From: an uncultured Thermoplasmata archaeon
GTDB taxonomy: Archaea; Thermoplasmatota; Thermoplasmata; Halarchaeoplasmatales; Halarchaeoplasmataceae
NCBI GenBank assembly: GCA_964399335.1
Contig: CAYNQI010000002.1
Location: forward strand, 1-61,264
Reading direction: 5' to 3'
Length of the DNA stretch: 61,264 nucleotides
Every line of letters starts with the position of its first letter. Position 1 is the stretch's first letter. The position numbers and the translations under genes were made by a program. The notes under the pieces were generated by a model. It had not been told where the DNA came from. It ran no database searches and was given only the letters and a program-made list of their open reading frames with translations. Shown here piece by piece: positions 56,539 through 61,264 of this stretch.

Positions 56539-59500
56539 ATGGATGAGGATGTTAACGTCGAAAATAGAATTGAAAAGGAAATCGAGGATAAGATAACCCC
56601 TAGGAAGGAATTGGATGAACTTCAAGAACGGGTGAAAGAACTCAACTGTATCTATGGTATATCCGAGATAGTTAACGATGACAATTTATCATTAGAAGAA
56701 GCTTTGCAAAAGATCGTGGAACTACTTCCCCCATCTTGGCAGTATGAAGATATCGCTTGTGCTAGGATAAAATTGAACGGTGAAGAGTATAAGACGGATG
56801 ATTTTCGAGAAACGGAGTGGAAACAGCAGAGTATAATAGAAGTTGGGGGGGAGATTAAAGGGTCTCTAGAAGTATGCTATCTAGAGGAAAAACCCGAGAT
56901 AGATGAAGGACCGTTTCTCATCGAAGAACGGAGACTTCTGAACACTGTTTCTGATCTTTTAGGAAGGTTCATAGAAGAAAGAAGGGTGAAGAAACAGATC
57001 TCAGATGAAAAACAGGATTGGGAAGTTATCATAGACCTGTTGATGAGGACTGATCCTAAGACCCTTCTCAGGATGACCCGAAAGATGGTGTATTACCTTT
57101 ACAGACATGAGAACGAACAGATCTCGATGCTTTTGAATGATGTGTGTCCCATCGAACCCGATTCTGACACACCAAAATGGTGTGGGATAAATATGCCAAA
57201 TCCTAAACAGGATCTAGAGTCATTGAAAGAGATCCAGAAAAGTGTGTTTCAGATTGCAAAAGATAGTTTAGAACCGGAAGAGATATCTGAACTCTTTCAT
57301 AGATGGTTGAAGGAAGATAAAGCTAGACCGTTACTACTTGCTTCTCAAAGGAAGGGTATACCTTTGGTTGAGATAACAGATGAGCTCAATCGTTTTTTCG
57401 AAAAAGCTGATGCAAATACAGCTCTAGCTCCCGAGGATAAGATGGCTATCAGAACAGCCCTTATCCAAAGGTTTTTCACCGATAGATTGGAGTTCATCAA
57501 CATCGCAAAAAATTACATCCAATTGGATGATTTTGTCTCTTTATTGAAACGGCTCATCGGTCCTGCCCAAGGTGCTGGTAAAGTAGGTGGTAAAACCTCT
57601 GGGGCATATCTAGCCTATAAGATCCTTCAAAGGGAGAAGGATAGACACCCTGATCTCAAAGACATCAAGTTCCCCAAAAGTTGGTATCTTACGTCGGATT
57701 CTATGCTAGACCTGATACATTATAACGACTTGGATGAAGTTATACACATAAAATATCTCGATCCAGATAGGATCAGACAAGAACAGCCATTCCTCGAACA
57801 GATCATGAAGAATGCTGTATTCACTTCAGAGATCGTTGAGGGATTTAAAAAGATCCTCAGGGATATAGACGATAATCCGATAATAGTAAGATCCTCTAGT
57901 CTCCTTGAAGACAACTTCGGAGCAGCCTTTTCAGGCAAATACAAGAGTCTCTTTTTATCAAACAAAGGTTCTGAAGAGGAAAGATTGAATGCTCTCATGG
58001 AAGCGGTCGCCGAGGTGTATGCGTCTACTTTTGGTCCGGATCCCATAGAGTATCGTCGAGAAAAAGGGATGTTAGATTTCAGTGAAGAGATGGGGATACT
58101 TATTCAAGAGGTCGTGGGTAAAAGGGTAGGTCCATATTATGTTCCAGCCTATGCGGGTGTTGCTTTCAGTAAGAACGAGTTCAGATGGTCACCTCGTATC
58201 AATAGAGATGATGGGATAATCAGATTAGTACCCGGATTGGGAACTAGAGCAGTTGATAGAGTGGGTAATGACTATCCTATCTTGGTTTCTCCTAAAAGAC
58301 CTGAACTCAGGGTGAATACACTGGTTGAAGAGCGGATAAAGTACTCTCCACGATACATGGATGTCATAAATCTTGAAACTGGAGCTATAGAAACCGTTGA
58401 TGCCATAGAGATATACAAGAAATATGGAGAGAAATTTCCGTTCCTTGACAAGATCGTGTCGGTGTATGAGGATGGTGAACTTAGAAAACCTAAAAGCTTT
58501 TTATTCGATCCTGAAGAAGAGGATATGATAGTAACCTTCGATAAGCTGTTCGAAGAGACTGACTTCTTACTTTTGATGTGTAAGATAATGGATATACTCG
58601 AAAGTAAGATAGAGACACCTGTCGATGTTGAATTCGCTCATGATGGAGATAATCTTTACATCCTTCAGTGTCGCCCTCAAAGCCAGACTCAACAGATAAA
58701 ACGTAAACCTATCCCCATGGACATAAAGAACAAGGATAAACTGTTCTCCAGTAAAAAATTTGTCACCACCGGTCACCTAGAGAACATTGAATATATAGTG
58801 TATGTTTCTCCAGAAGGATACGCAAGTCTCGATAGCGAACGTAAGATGAGAAAAGTAGCTGATATAGTTGGAGAATTGAACAACAGTCTCCCTGAGAAAA
58901 GGTTCATATTGATGGGACCCGGGAGATGGGGAAGCCGGGGAGATATCACTCTTGGGGTACCGGTGAAGTACAGGGATATCAACAATACTTCATTGATAGT
59001 AGAGATAGCTAAAGAAAAAGGTGGATATTTACCAGAATTATCTTTTGGAACTCACTTTTTCCAGGATCTAGTTGAGGCCGATATAAAATACTTACCTCTT
59101 TATCCAGATGAGTCCGGAAACATCTTCAACGAAGAATTGTTGTATAGGTCAGAGAATCGACTGACCGAGATACTTCCTGGACAGGAGGATTTCGAAGAAG
59201 TTATCCGGTTAGTCCGGGTCAGTGATATCAGTTCAGGCGGTTCCTTAGATGTTGTCATGGACGGCGAAGCCAACGAAGCTCTAGCTTATCTAAGGTCTCC
59301 AGACCATTGGGAATGGAGGATGAATAAAGTGGAAACCATGGCAGATGAGTTGGACCCGGATATATACGGGGTTAAAGGCCTATATATCGTTGGGAGCACA
59401 AAAGAAGGTACAGCTTGTTCTAGAAGCGACATTGATCTTATAGTCCATTATACAGGAGAGCAAGAAAAGAAGGAAAAGTTGGAGAACTGGTTCTATGGAT

Positions 59501-59676
59501 GGGATAAAAAATTAGTTGAAGAAAATAAGGATAGGACGGGTATTGAAGTGGATAAAATATTAGACATCCATTTCATAACTGATGAGGATATAAAAGAAAA
59601 TACCTCATGGGCTTCACATATAAATTCTAGATATAGATCAGCCCGGGAGATCCCCTTGGATGGTAGTGATTCATGA
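56539..59676 (+). CDS. GAF-like + PEP-synthase ATP-grasp + C-terminal nucleotidyltransferase fusion protein
   Basis: N-terminal ERVKELNCIYGIS...LPPSWQY...DEGPFL sensory-type domain; GGKTSG, VRSSSLLEDN, FSGKYKS, LQCRPQ, GPGRWGS, FGTHFF; Pol-beta NTase motif GS(952)-x10-DID...DIH. Confidence 0.85.
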   Translation: MDEDVNVENRIEKEIEDKITPRKELDELQERVKELNCIYGISEIVNDDNLSLEEALQKIVELLPPSWQYEDIACARIKLNGEEYKTDDFRETEWKQQSIIEVGGEIKGSLEVCYLEEKPEIDEGPFLIEERRLLNTVSDLLGRFIEERRVKKQISDEKQDWEVIIDLLMRTDPKTLLRMTRKMVYYLYRHENEQISMLLNDVCPIEPDSDTPKWCGINMPNPKQDLESLKEIQKSVFQIAKDSLEPEEISELFHRWLKEDKARPLLLASQRKGIPLVEITDELNRFFEKADANTALAPEDKMAIRTALIQRFFTDRLEFINIAKNYIQLDDFVSLLKRLIGPAQGAGKVGGKTSGAYLAYKILQREKDRHPDLKDIKFPKSWYLTSDSMLDLIHYNDLDEVIHIKYLDPDRIRQEQPFLEQIMKNAVFTSEIVEGFKKILRDIDDNPIIVRSSSLLEDNFGAAFSGKYKSLFLSNKGSEEERLNALMEAVAEVYASTFGPDPIEYRREKGMLDFSEEMGILIQEVVGKRVGPYYVPAYAGVAFSKNEFRWSPRINRDDGIIRLVPGLGTRAVDRVGNDYPILVSPKRPELRVNTLVEERIKYSPRYMDVINLETGAIETVDAIEIYKKYGEKFPFLDKIVSVYEDGELRKPKSFLFDPEEEDMIVTFDKLFEETDFLLLMCKIMDILESKIETPVDVEFAHDGDNLYILQCRPQSQTQQIKRKPIPMDIKNKDKLFSSKKFVTTGHLENIEYIVYVSPEGYASLDSERKMRKVADIVGELNNSLPEKRFILMGPGRWGSRGDITLGVPVKYRDINNTSLIVEIAKEKGGYLPELSFGTHFFQDLVEADIKYLPLYPDESGNIFNEELLYRSENRLTEILPGQEDFEEVIRLVRVSDISSGGSLDVVMDGEANEALAYLRSPDHWEWRMNKVETMADELDPDIYGVKGLYIVGSTKEGTACSRSDIDLIVHYTGEQEKKEKLENWFYGWDKKLVEENKDRTGIEVDKILDIHFITDEDIKENTSWASHINSRYRSAREIPLDGSDS

Positions 59677-60522
59677 ATCGACTACAGTTCTACGTGCATC
59701 CTTTAAGTTTTCTGTATCGAATATGACCAATGCAAGCCCATCTCCGGATGTTACGCCTGTAAAACTATAAGTATCGCCGATGCTGCATCTCCAATTTCCC
59801 GTCAACTCGACTGTTTCATGAACATGACCATGCAGTGTGAGAAATGGCTGCTCTTTTTTTATAAAATTCCTGATAGCTATACTTCCTACATGAACATCCA
59901 AGGGTACATGGTCCACTTCCTTCCCGTCTAGATCAGCTCTGTCCAGATCGGTATCATATGGAGGTGCGTGGAACAGATATATAGTATTTTTCGGATCTGA
60001 TGCTCGTTTTATATCCACTATATCTTTTTCGATAGTAGAGTAAGTGATCTCATTTTTATTTATCTTTACAGTTCTAGTTCCTTCCTCAGGAGCAACGACT
60101 CCTACATCAATAAATCTTGAAACATCATATTTTTCCCAGTCTTTAAGATGAAAAGGTGTGGGAGGTATAAAGCTGTACCCACATATATTATATCCCTTAA
60201 AATCTGCACATTTCTGGTTGACGTAATCTATGTGTCCTTTTTCGTCAAACCCATTTAATATATCTTCGAATACCCTTGGATCATCGTTACCCATGATCAC
60301 AAAACATCTCATTTCTTTATCTGACTCCTCTCGGATATTCTGAATGGGTTTGATGAGATTGTTTGATAAAAAATCCTTCACTCTATTTTTATCTCTAATG
60401 AAGCTCGGTAGTAGATCACCACCAAGGAAAAGAGCATCGGGATCTATCTTATCTAGCACTTCTATCAAGAGTTTATATTTTTTTTCTTTTCCATGTAGGT
60501 CCGAGGTAAATATACACTTCAA
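59671..60522 (-). CDS. Metallophosphoesterase (calcineurin-like/Icc-related)
   Basis: SDLHG, GGDL, MGNDD, FHAPP, LHGHVH. Confidence 0.88.
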   Translation of the reverse strand: MKCIFTSDLHGKEKKYKLLIEVLDKIDPDALFLGGDLLPSFIRDKNRVKDFLSNNLIKPIQNIREESDKEMRCFVIMGNDDPRVFEDILNGFDEKGHIDYVNQKCADFKGYNICGYSFIPPTPFHLKDWEKYDVSRFIDVGVVAPEEGTRTVKINKNEITYSTIEKDIVDIKRASDPKNTIYLFHAPPYDTDLDRADLDGKEVDHVPLDVHVGSIAIRNFIKKEQPFLTLHGHVHETVELTGNWRCSIGDTYSFTGVTSGDGLALVIFDTENLKDARRTVVDS

Positions 60523-60526
60523 GTTC

Positions 60527-61264
60527 TCACCGTTCTTTGGTCACGGATCCTGCATATTCAACATATATATCAACTATCTCGAAAAGATGTTCTAGATCTA
60601 TATACTCGTCGGGCTGGTGTGCTGAGTCAACTTCGCCTGGACCAAATATGAATGTGTTTTTGTTGTATTCAGCAAACCTGACCATCTCTGTACCATAAGG
60701 TACTGACCATAGTTCGGTATCTGCTATCTCAAGCATCTTCTTAACACAGTCCATGTCTTCATCTACTTTGACTGCGTCTAGATACTGGATAACATCTAAA
60801 TCATGATCTTCATCTATATCACCGAATAGATGCTCTTCGAGTTCTGATCTGGAAAAGCTCGGTGGGAACCTGACATCGACTTCAACTCTGCATCTTTTCG
60901 GTATCACGTTCGTAGCACTGCCTGATTCTATGACGTTAACGGAACAGGTCATCTCATCTTTGGTGGCTGGAACATGACCTTTAGAATTTAGATTCTTGAT
61001 TATCGGGACCATCTTCATGATAGCGTTTTCACCTTTTTCAGGCATACTAGCGTGGGCGTTGATCCCTTTGGTTTGTAATTCGAACTGGTAAACTCCCTTT
61101 TCCTGTGTTACCACTAGTTTTGCAGTGGGCTCTGCTACGATTATGGCTGAAGCTTCCGTTATTTCAGGTTCAGAAGCAGCTTCTAGTGCACCGTTCATGG
61201 ATATCTCTTCATCGGTGGTGAATATCAATGAGAAAGGTACGTCTTTTTCGATTAGTTTTTTAGC
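60527..61264 (-). CDS. M20-family metallohydrolase (ArgE/DapE-like), 5' end beyond window
   Basis: TTDEE, AEPT, KGINAHASMPEKGENAI, FGPG...AHQPDEY. The frame stays open to the window edge. Confidence 0.88.
   Translation of the reverse strand, partial: AKKLIEKDVPFSLIFTTDEEISMNGALEAASEPEITEASAIIVAEPTAKLVVTQEKGVYQFELQTKGINAHASMPEKGENAIMKMVPIIKNLNSKGHVPATKDEMTCSVNVIESGSATNVIPKRCRVEVDVRFPPSFSRSELEEHLFGDIDEDHDLDVIQYLDAVKVDEDMDCVKKMLEIADTELWSVPYGTEMVRFAEYNKNTFIFGPGEVDSAHQPDEYIDLEHLFEIVDIYVEYAGSVTKER

Noticed and set aside
53491-59676. Annotation as functional PEP synthase/PPDK
   Set aside because: No C-terminal PEP/pyruvate-binding barrel and no canonical GGxTSHAA motif.

Overview
Archaeal chromosome segment. 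The gene set and acidic proteins suggest a halophilic or haloalkaliphilic Thermoplasmatota; this is inference. Core information-processing genes include two KaiC/RAD55 ATPases, fen, PolD large subunit polC with a 494-aa LAGLIDADG intein, a RecJ/GAN-like DHH protein, rps15, an Hjc-like resolvase, aspS, asnS, cdc6/orc1 with a candidate oriC upstream, tbp, nop5, nmd3, mcm and a DEAD-box helicase. An accessory stretch (about 16-34 kb) holds transporters, three OsmC paralogues, a surface beta-propeller protein and a decayed UPF0175 gene. An intact IS6 element with 16-bp IRs and an 8-bp target duplication sits at 38.7-39.4 kb. Four features are absent from the supplied ORF track: two tandem 55-aa ferredoxins, a 31-codon C2H2 zinc-finger micro-ORF with an internal TGA, and a pair of paralogous 20-aa micro-ORFs between pyrF and asnS. 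The best candidates for an undescribed system are (i) the gdhA-linked pair of giant PEP-synthase-like ATP-grasp proteins carrying receiver-like, GAF-like and nucleotidyltransferase domains, flanked by a tandem Lrp-like regulator and a metallophosphoesterase, and (ii) the 20-aa micropeptide pair. No rRNA, tRNA or CRISPR array was recognised. All family calls come from motif recognition by eye; no database searches were run.
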